The notes under the pieces are model-generated. The model did not search any database and was not told the origin of the DNA. It saw nothing but the letters and a program-made list of their open reading frames with translations. From Anolis carolinensis (taxonomy: Eukaryota), in NCBI RefSeq assembly GCF_035594765.1, contig NC_085841.1:258064689-258128688 (forward strand): a stretch of 64,000 nucleotides of DNA, read 5' to 3'. The position numbers and the translations under genes are program-made. The first letter of the stretch is position 1, and every line of letters begins with the position of its first letter. This document shows positions 12,263-23,027 of the stretch, piece after piece.

Positions 12263-12987
12263 TAGATAGATAGATATGAAGGAAAAGATAGTGCATCAAC
12301 AAGTTAAACTAAGTTTAAGTGTTTGGAAAGTTATTTATCAACAGCTTTGTGTAACCAAGTGAGTGCAAGACAATATCTATTATAACCAAGTGGAACTGAA
12401 GTAAAAACAACGTTGTAACAAGATACGCTTATGTGCCAAAGAATTCATAATAAACATTTCTTTGTTTTCAATAAAAGATAGTCTTCGAGTTGTGAACTGC
12501 ACTACACAAGAGTCAGCAAAGATTCTTCCATCACTCTCCCCCTCAATACCACATCACCTCATACGCACACACGCATATGTGTATATTATTGGCAATGGTT
12601 GGGATATTGAAAAAGAGATTTCCCTTTGCCTGATCGTGAAGTGCTTCTTACATATTTATTGGTTGCAGCGGTGGGATATCAACGCAAAGATTCCCCCTGC
12701 CTGAAAGAGCCTTGCTCTTACATTTTAATGGTGGCAGTGGTGGGATATTAAGAAAAAGGTCCCCGTCCCCCCCCCCCCCCCCGTCTGAAAGAGCCTTTTC
12801 TTTTACACTAGTCAAATCAATAATGCAGAAAGTGATGAAGACCTTTCTGACTCTAACCTTTTTATTGGTTGCAGCGGCTGTGCTTTATTACTATTTCTAT
12901 AAGAGGACAGCTGTGCATTTGGGAGACCCTCGTTTCTACCAGGACTCTCTCTGGCTTCGGAAGGAGTTTGCTCAAGTCCGCAGCTGA
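5004..12987 (+). CDS. TMEM138: Transmembrane protein 138 (ciliary transition-zone / Joubert syndrome gene), 162 aa; coding exons 5004-5131, 5929-6100, 10855-10930, 12875-12987
   Basis: The spliced translation [31 protein letters not shown]...[37 protein letters not shown]...[25 protein letters not shown]...[37 protein letters not shown] matches TMEM138. All junctions are GT-AG with consistent phases, total 489 nt. Probable non-coding exon 1 ends at 3325 (GTAAGT), the exon 2 acceptor gives a start at 4867, and AATAAA lies at 13563-13568. Confidence 0.97.
11787..12115 (+). mobile_element. Sauria SINE nested in the LTR
   Basis: tRNA-like head (GGTGGCG...GGTTCAAATCC), (ACCTTT)n tail, and 14-bp TSD TCTCAGTTTGGTAG (11773-11786 / 12116-12129). 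Confidence 0.9.
12223..12276. repeat. (GATA)n microsatellite
   Basis: Read directly from the sequence. Confidence 0.95.
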
Positions 12988-13699
12988 CAGCAATTACTGG
13001 GCTGCCTGAACTGAAATCACTCTGCTGCAATATCAAGGAGACTTCATCAGTATCTTTCAGGATGTCATCCCTTCCTAGCTATTCGCAGTCACCTGTTTCT
13101 ATTGTTCTGGTTCTAAAACTTACATGATCACATGACATCATCCACATCCTAAATTCAATGCACTTCAGATTACTTATCAATGAAGCTTCTCTTTTGTGGA
13201 TTCTCTGCTTTGTGCTACATGCTTTCGATCCTCCAGGCACTCTGTATCCTCCATCCAGATCTTCAGACTGTATTTTTTTCCTGGATGTGGCTGCAGCCTT
13301 ACTGAGGAACAATCTGAAGTGCCAAATGGGATTGGCAAGAACTCAACAAGTAGCAGTTTCCTCCTTGAGGAATATTCCCTCATCATGTATTCCACACCAT
13401 CTGTCAAAAAGGCCTCTTGCCTTCATTAATACCACTGGCAATGCAACTAAGCATAAAAGGACAATTCTCTAGCTTTGCAATATTGCTTTTCTCTGGGAAA
13501 ACTTATTCTCAAGGAGTTATTAGACTTGTCTTTTGTACTTGTATTTTTATTAACTACGAGAAAATAAATATGGGGTTTTTTTTTCAGAAACCATGTGATT
13601 ATTTTGCATTAATCCTTTCTTTCACTATCCTGATATAAAGAATGTCTCCCTACTTACCTAATGATCAGTCTAGTATTCATCTTAAAACTAAATTGTTTA

Positions 13700-14112
13700 A
13701 TGGGTTGCTGTGAGTTTTCTGGGCTGTACAGCCATGTTCCAGAAGCATTCTTTCCTGACATTTCACCCACATTTATGGCAGGCATCTTCAGAGGTTGTGA
13801 GGTCTGTTGGAAATTAGGCAAGTGTGGTTTATATATCTGTGGAATGATGTCCAGGATGGGAGAAAAAAAAACTCTTGTCTGTTTGAGGTATGTGTGAATA
13901 TTGCAATTGGCCGCCTTGATTAGCACTGAATGGCCTTGCAGCTTCAAAGCCTGGCCAATTCCTGCCTGGGGAATCCTTTATTGGTAGATGTTAGCTGGCC
14001 CTGATTGTTTCTTGTCTGGAATTCCCGTCTTCTGGGTGTTGTTCTTTATTTACTGTCCGGATTTTAGAGTTTTTAAAATACTGGTAGCCAGATTTTGTTC
14101 ATTTTTGTGGTT
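13700..14112 (-). mobile_element. Penelope terminal fragment
   Basis: Reverse complement of the Penelope 3' region at about 16210-16600. Confidence 0.78.
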
Positions 14113-14882
14113 TCTATTGTTTAATAAAGTTCCATTATAGAAGAAGCATGAAAAAGAAAAAGACACAGGTTGAGTATCCCTTATCTGGAATCCCAAAATA
14201 ATCAGAAATACTAAATTGTCCACATTGGTGGTTTAGAGGGGGACACCTTTGCTCTCTGATGGTTCATTGTACATAAACTTTTTTACATGCACCAAATTAA
14301 TAAAATATTGTGTATAAAATTCTTTCCAGGGTATAAGGTATATAAGAAAGAATGAACTTGGGTGTTTAAACATGGCTCCCTCTTCAAGACATGCCATCAT
14401 GTGTATGTGCAAGGCCAATCCGTAAAAATCCAAACATTTTTGATCCCAAGCATTTCTGACAAGAGACTCTCAACCTGTACTTCTATTGCCCAGGGTTAAG
14501 GCAGAAATAAGGGGCAAAAACATGGTTTTGAAACAGAGCAACCACCAAATCCAGTATGTACTCAAAGCCTAGGGTATAGAAGCCAAGACAGGCTGTAGCA
14601 ATGGAAAAATTGCTTCATATACTCACTGAAAAGGGAGGAAGGATAAATGGGCGGAAAGTCTTCGGCATAGATGTTTTCAAGCAGGATCTTAGGGGTCACC
14701 CACACTATAGAATGAATTCCACTTTAACTGCTATGGTTTAGTTAGTGCAATGGAATAGTGGGAGCTGTAGTTTTATAAGGTCTTGAGCCTTCTCTGCCAG
14801 AGTGTCACTACAAACCCTAGGATTGCATCGCATTGAGCTAAGGCAGTTAAAGGGGTCAATGCATCAATTCTACAGTGTAGGC

Positions 14883-15075
14883 CAGGCATGAGCAAAGTTG
14901 GGCCCAGCAGGTGATTGGACTTCAACTCCCACCATTCCTAACAGCCTCAGGCCCTTTCCTTTTCCCCCTCAGCCGCTTAAGCGGCTGAGGGGGAAAAGGA
15001 AAGGGCCTGAGGCTGTTAGGAATGGTGGGAGTTGAAGTCCAAATCACCTGCAGGGCCTAACTTTGCCCATTCCTG
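14883..15075. mobile_element. Palindromic (foldback) hAT-type MITE
   Basis: CAGG...CCTG termini, 8-bp TSD GTGTAG(G/A)C, centre at 14978/14979; nested in the end of another MITE. Confidence 0.85.
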
Positions 15076-15139
15076 GTGTAGACGCATCCGAAGGCCTGGT
15101 TAATCCTTGGTTCTTAGCTCTGCATAGTTGCAATGCAAG

Positions 15140-15432
15140 GCCCCTCTCCGCCCCCCTGATTGGGCGGGGCCAAGGAGTAACTATGGAAACGGAGGCGACC
15201 CCTGTCGGGCGCTTGTGAGGACGAAGCGCCACCCTGAGCTGTGCCTACGTTTGCAGCCTAAAGAGGAGGCTACGGGTAGAGCGGCTCCGACCCCATAGCG
15301 GAAGTGACGTCTTCATCCCTAAGTCAAGCCCTTCTCTATGGAGCACAGGTCCCGCTCCGCTTGACATCCGGGCGAGGATCGCTAGGCTTTCTGCGTAGTG
15401 GTGTCCATGGAGATGGAAGATGGCGCCTCGCA
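15140..15432 (+). promoter_or_regulatory. TMEM216 promoter: GC boxes, inverted CCAAT, X-box GTAACTATGGAAAC (15177-15190), ETS-CRE composite CGGAAGTGACGTC (15299-15311)
   Basis: Motifs read directly from the sequence in a CpG-rich stretch just upstream of coding exon 1. Confidence 0.75.
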
Positions 15433-18133
15433 GTAAGTGGTGCCAGGGACTGGGGAGGTCATACTGCATTAATTCTACGATATAGATGCACCCAGGGTCA
15501 CGTTGGGACGAGCTGTGACCCTGGAAGGAAGTGGGGAAAGGAAAGGAGAACTGAGGGAGGAGAAAGGGGAAACCTCTCTTCAGTCAGTAGTCCGAATATA
15601 TGGAAGATCCAGACTCAGCAGTATGGATACTGTGTTCTTGAAGGCTTTCATGGCCGGAATCACTGGGTTGCTGTGAGTTTTACGGGCTGTATGGCCATGT
15701 TCCAGAAGCATTATCTCCTGGCATTTCTCTCACATCTATGACAGGCTTCCTCAGAGGTTGTGAGGTATATTGGAAACTAAGCAAGTGGGGTTTATATTTC
15801 TGTGGAATGCTCCGAGTGTGAGAAAGAACTCTTGTCTGTTGGAGACAAGTGTGAATGTTGCAATTAATCACCTTGCTTATCATTGACAAGTCTTGCAGCA
15901 AAGGACAAGGGGATCCTCTCCCCTCTGCAGGAGTCTACCATATACCATGCAGCTGTGGACAAGTCTACATAGGGACCACCAAATGCAGCATTGCCCAAAC
16001 ACAAATCAAGGAACATGAGAAGCACTGCAGACTAATCCAACTAGAAAAGTCAGCCATAGCAGAGCACTTGATGAACCAACCTGGACACAGCCTATTATTT
16101 GAGGACACAGAAATGCTGGACTACTCCAACAACTACCATGTCAGACTTCGCGTAGAAGCCACTGAAATCCACAAGCATGTGGACAATTTCAACAGAAAGG
16201 AGGAAACCATAAAAATGAACAAAATGGCTATCAGTATTTAAAAACCTCTAAAATCGGGACAGTAAATAAAGAACAACACTCAGAAGACAGGGGAATTGAA
16301 GGCATGAACAATCAGGGCCAGCTAACACCTCCCAACAAAGGATTCCCCCAGACAGTAAGCAGCTAGACCTTGAAGCCTATAGGTTATTCATTGCTAATCA
16401 AGGTGGCCATTTGCAACATTCACACCTGCCACAGGAAGACAAGTGTTCTTTCTTCCACTCTGAACATTCCACAGATATATAAACCCCACTCGTCTAGTTT
16501 CCAACACCTCACAACCTCTGAGGAGGCCTGCCATAGATGTGGGTTCAATGTCAGGAGAGAATGCTTCTAGAACATGGCCATACAGCCCAGAAACTCACAG
16601 CACCCCAGTGGTTCCGGCTATGAAAGCCTTTGACAACAGTATAGATGGGTTGGCAAATCCTGAGGTCCCCTTCATACCACGTCGTTAAAGTGCTATGATC
16701 CCACTTTAAATGGGATCTTGTGGGATCCTGTGGCATTGTTACATGTATGTATAGCTCGCCTTTTCTCTTTTAAGAGTGACTCGAAGCAGCTAACAATGCT
16801 AAAAACAATACAACTCACAATTTGAAATCTAACACATATAAACACTAAAATAGAATTAAACATTAAATATTAAAATAGCTAAAACAATCAAAACCTATTA
16901 AAATAATTAATTTGTTCAGAGGCACCAGAGGAGCTCTCTGGCTAACCATGCCTCTTCCTAAGCTTCCAGTTCTAGGATTCCAGGGCATGTTGCCATGGCA
17001 GCCAAAGTTGGATATAGTGCTTCAGTGTGTGGTATGAGAGGATCCTTCCACTCTGTTACCTTGCCTACAACTCTTGGCCAGTCATGGGGTGCATCTTCAC
17101 TGTGAAATTAATGCAGTTTGACACCACTTTAACTGCCATGTCTCAATATGGAATCATGGAGATGTAGTTTTACACAGCCTTTATTTTTCTTTGCCAAAGA
17201 TTGTTGGGGCCTCAGGATCTAATAGAATTTTGCTGTGGCAAAGTGGCAACAAACTGCACTAATTCCTCTGTGCAGCTGCACACATGGTCCAGATACTATT
17301 TCTGCTCCCCCTTGCAAATTCTCTGCAGTGAGTCTTAGTTTTACCTTGGACAACTATAACCTAGCCATAATCTTATTGTGCAAGTTTTGCAAGTGCCATA
17401 ACTGCATCAAGACTGATTTTTTGCCATTTGGGGCTCATTGTTATGAAATGGTGATGTATTGTTCTGATCCTCTTTGAGAGAAAATGTGGGTGGAACAATG
17501 AAAGGCCTGTTCCATAAATATTCTTGTTCTGGTTGTACCCGCAGATCGGCAACTGTCCTCTACCCCTCTGGAGATTCTGCTGTTCCTTAATGGCTGGTAT
17601 TATGCCACGTATTTTCTGCTGGAGATTTTCATGTTTGTCTATAAAGGTGAGCATTAACATCTAACGGATGGGGAGGAAGCATGGAAGAGCATGGCTTGGT
17701 TTCCCTTCTGCAAAATGAATCACTTGGGGCAAATCTCCTTTATGATAAGTGAATGTTGTATTGTCTGGTTCATTCCCCATTTTAGTTACTAATTGTTTGA
17801 GAGTTCAAGGTTTTTGCAGACCCAATTTGTCACATTTCCTATTTTTTAAGTCTGTCTACTGCCTTAGATAAGAAATAAACTTGTTCAAAAACACAGGGTA
17901 GATCTAAATAATAATAATATTAATAATAATAATACCAACAATAATAACAAGTTGACAATTTGACTTTTTGAGTAGCTTGCAATAATTGTATTAGATGTTT
18001 TTAAATATGTTTATTACTGATCGTAAATTTGTTATATAGGTTATTTTTTTACATGTGTACATTGTTTTGTATTTAACATAATGTTAACCACTTTGGGTCT
18101 CGTTTAGGGAGAAAAATTGGATACAAATAAACA

Positions 18134-18193
<60 letters not shown>

Positions 18194-21100
18194 GGCTAGA
18201 TCTACATTGTACAATTAATGCAGTTTGACCTCACTTTAACTGCTATGGTTGAATGTGGAATCATGGGACTTGTAGTTTTGCAAGGCCTTTAGCCTTCTCT
18301 GCCAAAGAATTCTGATGCTCATCAGGATTCTATAGCTTTGAGCCATTAAAGTTAAAGTGGGGTAAAACTGCGTTAATTCTACAGTGTAAATGTGCCCACA
18401 GTGGCTGGTATCTGTTAGTTATGGTTAATATTGATTAGAGTAGCCCTATTTAGTACATTGCTGGATGATGAGTCACACAGAGATAACTAATTAATTCAAT
18501 GGATACACTCTAGGTAGGACTAAAAGATTTAACCCAGTGTGTTGCGAGAGGTATCGGCTATTCTTTCTCTCCCTCTTTTTTAATTAATATAGCAATTTGT
18601 GTATGTCCACAGGACTCCTATTGCCCTATCCTTCTGCTAATCTGGCTTTGGATCTGGTTATGCTCTTCCTCTACCTTGGAATTGAAGTTACAAGGATATT
18701 TTTTGGTGAGTTTCAAACAATGGATCCTGATATCAAAAAACAGCACATTCATCTTACAGTGACAAGAACACATTCTGCAGTCTGTTTGCATTGGTCAAAG
18801 TAGCATATTTTAAGGAGAATGTGTGACTGCCATAGACATTGTCATTTTAATCCTTTCTACTGTGCTGTACCAGAAAAGAGGTCTTGAGGTGAAACAGAAA
18901 GGGGCAATTCCTATTCCATCCTCTCAGAACAGTCTTTTTTACATTCTCATTCAGAAGTAGATAAGGACCATAGCAGCACAAGATAAGGTGGAATAGTAAT
19001 TTAAGGTTTCTCCAGTCAAGCAGGACTAACTAGAACTATTGTAGGTGAATAATAATAATAATAATAATAATTTTATTCTTATATCCCGCCCCATCTCCCC
19101 GGAGGGACTGTAAAATCCAAAGTGTCATTCTTGAATCTGAATTGGGATTCAGTTCTTCAGTTTTAGTGGTTCTTAATAGCAGACTGGAAGTGTGCTTCAG
19201 GTAGAATGCATAGGAGAGCAGTCCTACCATTAACCAGAGTGGGGCTTTTGTTTCTGGCCGTATTGAAGCATTTGATCCAACAAGCCAGAACTTGACTGGC
19301 ATTTGTTACCCCAAAGACCTTTTTATTGGCTGCCACAAGACTAGAATGATCTGCAGAAGAGATCCATCAGTTAAAGAGCTGTTGGAATTTAAGGCACAAC
19401 TGAAGACCTATCTCTCCTGGCAGGCCTACTCAAGGCCCTTCTACACAGCCATATAAACCAGATTATCAAGGCAGATAATCCACAATACCTGCTTTGAACC
19501 AGATTATCGGAGCCAAAGATCAATCACCCCAAAACCCTACCTGTATGCACAGTTCGGCATGATAGGGCTGTGTGCCAAGTTTGGTCCAGATCCGAAGTTG
19601 GCTGGGTTTAGTGCTAACTATATAAGGGTGAACTACAACTCCCAGAGCCGAAGGAGAATCACCCCTAAACCCTGCCTGTATGCTCAGTTGGGCATGATGA
19701 GGCAGTGTGCCAAGTTTGGTCCAGATCCGAAGTCGGCTGGGTTCAGTGCTAACTATATAAGGGTGAACTACAACTCCCAGAGCCAAAGGAGAATCACCCC
19801 AAAACCCTGCCTATATGCTCAGTTGGACATGATGAGGCAGATAATCCAGTTCAATGTGGATTTTATACAGCTGTGTGGAAGGGGCCTCAGTCAATTTTAA
19901 CATGTGAATTTTTTTCTGCATTTTATTGATGTGGTCTTGTGTCATATCTAATAGTGTTGTGTTTTATTGTTCTTCTTTAGCCATGTTGTACCCTGCCTTG
20001 AGCCTCAAGGAAAAGCGAGTTATTATTACTATTACTATTTATTTTCTGCCCATCAAGAAAGGGCGGTAAGCAGATACGTTATTATATTTTTCCTGCCAGA
20101 GCTGGAGAGAACTGCTTGTGAATTTTAGTTTTATTTGTTGATCTTGCATACCAAAAGACTTTGACTGTGTACCTTGATGTGAGCTCTTTGTTACTGTTCC
20201 TCAGGCATCAGAAGGTTTTTAGGTTAACCCTGACCTGACATCCTGTTCAACCTCCTGTAGGTTTATACTAAATCTAAGTCCTTCACCCGTCTTATTTTGT
20301 GTATGGTAGGCTCAAAAGGGAACCTATGCCAGCGGAAAGTACCACTTGCCATCAGTCTGGCACTAACCTTTCCTGCAGCAGTGATGGCAGCCTATTACCT
20401 GCTACTACAAACCTATGCCCTGCGGCTGGAAGCCATCCTCAATGCGATCCTGCTTCTCTTCTATGCTGTTGAACTGTTGCTGGGCATTCTTACTCTGGCC
20501 GCCTTTTCCAGGTACCCTCTTGTGAACGTTTTTGCTATTTCAGGGAAAAAGCCATGTGTGTTCTTGGTTGACTTCTCTACTCCATGGTTTGAGAAGTTTG
20601 AGGATACATCCATAGTTAAGATCTCAGAGAGACTGTGTGCTTCATTAAAAAGAGGAACTAAGATCAGAATTATGTAATAGCAGGCTTCTCGATATGTGGA
20701 AATAAGGAAAAACAGTTGAGGAGAAGAGATGGTCAATTTTACAACACTCAGGCCCCCTCTACACTGCCATATAAAATCCAGATTATCTGCTTTGATAATC
20801 TGGATTATATGGAAATGTAGTCTTGTATAATCCAGTTCAAAGAAGATACTGGGAATTTTCTGCTTTAATAATCTGGATTATCTGGATAATCTGGCAGTGT
20901 AGAAGGGGCCTAAAACAGCATGAATAGATGGAATATAGGATAGTGTCTTATATTTAGATGGATTTGGGTCCATTTAGCGCTTAGCTGTACTGAAGTAGGA
21001 ATTATGTAGCCCTTCAGGTGGTTCAATGATAATTACCAAGAATTCTCATCATTGGCCATATTGAAAGTTGCAATACAACTGATTATGGAAAGATGCTTGA

Positions 21101-21635
21101 TTGCCTATTCTGCACTGATTGGCAAGAGCAGATCAGGGTTTGAAAAAGGATTCCCCCCAAAACCCTTTTTCCAATTATAATGGCAAAGATTTAACTGAAT
21201 AACTTTTTAAAGCAAAGCATGGGGCCCTTCTCCAAATAATATAAATGGAAAACATGCTATGATAAATAAGGACTTCTGAGCATTATTCCTAACTTTTCTG
21301 TAAATGCTCTTGGGTTAAGTTCTTTTTTAATCAAAATATTTGCTACATAATTCTCTCATTTGTTGTGTCTGTTGGGTTTGTTTCCTCAAGAAGATAATCA
21401 GTGGAACATCCAATACACTCCTGCCTGTTTTGGCTAAGGGCCCTTCCACACAGTCCTATATCCCAGAATATCAAGGCAGAAAATCCCACAATATCTGCTT
21501 TAAACTGGGTTATCTGAGTCCATACTGCCATAGATTCCAGTTCAAAGCAGATAATGTGGGATTTCATGGGGAACTTCAGTTGCTGATATCTTTCTGTTAT
21601 GTCTTTTTATTTTCTGAAGTTTGGATTCATACTGA
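15420..21635 (+). CDS. TMEM216: Transmembrane protein 216 (MKS2/JBTS2 transition-zone protein), 141 aa; coding exons 15420-15432, 17545-17646, 18613-18705, 20310-20511, 21620-21635
   Basis: Spliced translation MAPRNRQLSSTPLEILLFLNGWYYATYFLLEIFMFVYKGLLLPYPSANLALDLVMLFLYLGIEVTRIFFGSKGNLCQRKVPLAISLALTFPAAVMAAYYLLLQTYALRLEAILNAILLLFYAVELLLGILTLAAFSSLDSY*. GT-AG junctions, 426 nt, AATAAA at 22170-22175. The short first and last coding exons are slightly less certain. Confidence 0.95.
15629..16636 (+). mobile_element. Truncated Penelope-like element with GIY-YIG endonuclease fragment and inverted terminal copy
   Basis: ORF 15855-16241 contains GVYHIPCSCGQVYIGTT...EH...SAIAEH (Penelope GIY-YIG). 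Segment 15630-15880 is an inverted copy of about 16390-16636. Confidence 0.85.
18134..18192. repeat. (ATT)n microsatellite
   Basis: Read directly from the sequence. Confidence 0.95.
19433..19888. mobile_element. PIF/Harbinger-like MITE containing a 135-bp tandem repeat
   Basis: TIRs GGCCCCTTCTACACAGC / GCTGTGTGGAAGGGGCC; related copies at 20751-20910 and about 51920-52037. Confidence 0.65.
19522..19838. repeat. Tandem repeat, 135-bp unit, about 2.3 copies
   Basis: AATCACCC unit starts at 19522, 19657 and 19792. Confidence 0.9.
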
Positions 21636-22240
21636 GTGGCTACCTGGGCTCCATTGTGTGGAGATCGAAGTGTAAGGCTGGAGGAACCCTTCATTTCTAC
21701 GGCTGGGCCAAGATGAGGTTTGGGGTTCAGCTCCATGTGCAAGCCAAAAGAAGATGCTGTAGGTACCTCTTTTCCTCCAGACATGTCCGGACAAGGGGCA
21801 GCAATTATCTGTAACAGGACCACCATCATCCTAGCATTCCTTTTGGAAGGTGGCAGTTTTTCTAGACCAATTCTACAGTTTGGACCATTCAGCTCTGCCT
21901 GATCTATAGATGGTGGCACCCTTCAAGTGCAGTGTACTTCAACTCCTTCAGAAGGAGGCATTCTGACATGGGGTCAATAATCTAGCATGTGTGCAGCGAC
22001 TCCCATTGTGGCATTTTTGTCAAATCCTCCCTAATTCTGTAACCACCTGTGTCCTATCCCTGCGAGGGCACAGGGTTTTGTGGGCAGTGGATCATGGACT
22101 CTTTCCCTCACTCAGTATTGTGATGTGTATTGACAATTTGTGATACTTGGTTTTTTACTGTAGCTGTGGAATAAATATTTATTTTTCAACTTCTGGAGCC
22201 AGATGGAGTTCTTCTTTCTTTTTTTTTTTTCAAGAAACAC

Positions 22241-22465
22241 AGGGTGCATCTACACTGCAGAATGAATACAGTTTGATCCCAGTTTAACTGCCATGGCTCA
22301 ATACTATGGAATTATGGGATTTGTAGTTTTAGAAGACTTTCAGCCTTCTTTGCCCAAGAGTGCTGATGCCTCCCCAAACAGCAACTTCACAGATTCCAAA
22401 GCATTAAGCCATGGCAGTTAAAGTGGGGTCAAACTGTATTAATTCTACAGTGTAGATGTGTCCAC
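22241..22465. mobile_element. MITE with GGGTGCATCTACACTG-type TIRs (abundant; relatives near 1240, 14690, 17090, 18200, 33550, 57190)
   Basis: Terminal inverted repeats and a shared interior (GCAGTTTGACACCACTTTAACTGCCATGG). Confidence 0.7.
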
Positions 22466-23027
22466 AGTGGCTGGTATGTGTTGGTTAGTACCAATAAGAG
22501 TAGTCCATTTAATACATTGCTGGATGATGATAACTCTAATTAACAGCAGCAAAAAAGAAAGGTAGATCTCAAGTGATGCACATCCTCGAATGCCAAACTT
22601 GGAAATTTATGAGCTTCCGGTAAAGCCTTTATATTCTGAGCCAAAGTGAGTTTAAGTTTGGGATTGACCTAGTTTAGTAAATCATTTCAACAAAGGAAGA
22701 AGTCATGAGAAGAAGAAGCACAAGGATTTCAAGTCTGCATTAGCACTGATGATAAAAAAACCCCCAAAACTTGGGACTAGAGCAAAATGAGGACTCGGTA
22801 CACTGAAGTCATGTCAAAGCAACTCTGCATCCAATTTGTAGCAAGAGTCCAAATGCATACTCTCTATTTCATATGTAAGCAAAAGCTGGTTATATTATCC
22901 TTGAGAAAGAATAGTAGTTTCCTAGAAACTGGGGACAGGGTTGTTCCTGGACATCTATATTAAGAAGTGGTATTCACTGAGCCCACACTGCAGACATTTA
23001 TTAATGGACATGGCAGGCCAAAAGCCT

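Larger units (their letters stand above)
11340..12807 (+). mobile_element. Solo LTR (probably Gypsy-type) in the last intron of TMEM138, with a nested Sauria SINE
   Basis: Termini TGTAA...TTACA; 5-bp TSD CTAGT (11335-11339 / 12808-12812); AATAAA at 12449 and 12470; internal ~40-bp tandem repeats (11567-11710) and a (GATA)n tract. Confidence 0.85.

Noticed and set aside
16989-17002. X-box-like GTTGCCATGGCAGC in TMEM216 intron 1
   Set aside because: It falls in a decayed MITE whose family normally has GCCATGGCAG at this position, so a chance match is likely. Not supported without conservation data.
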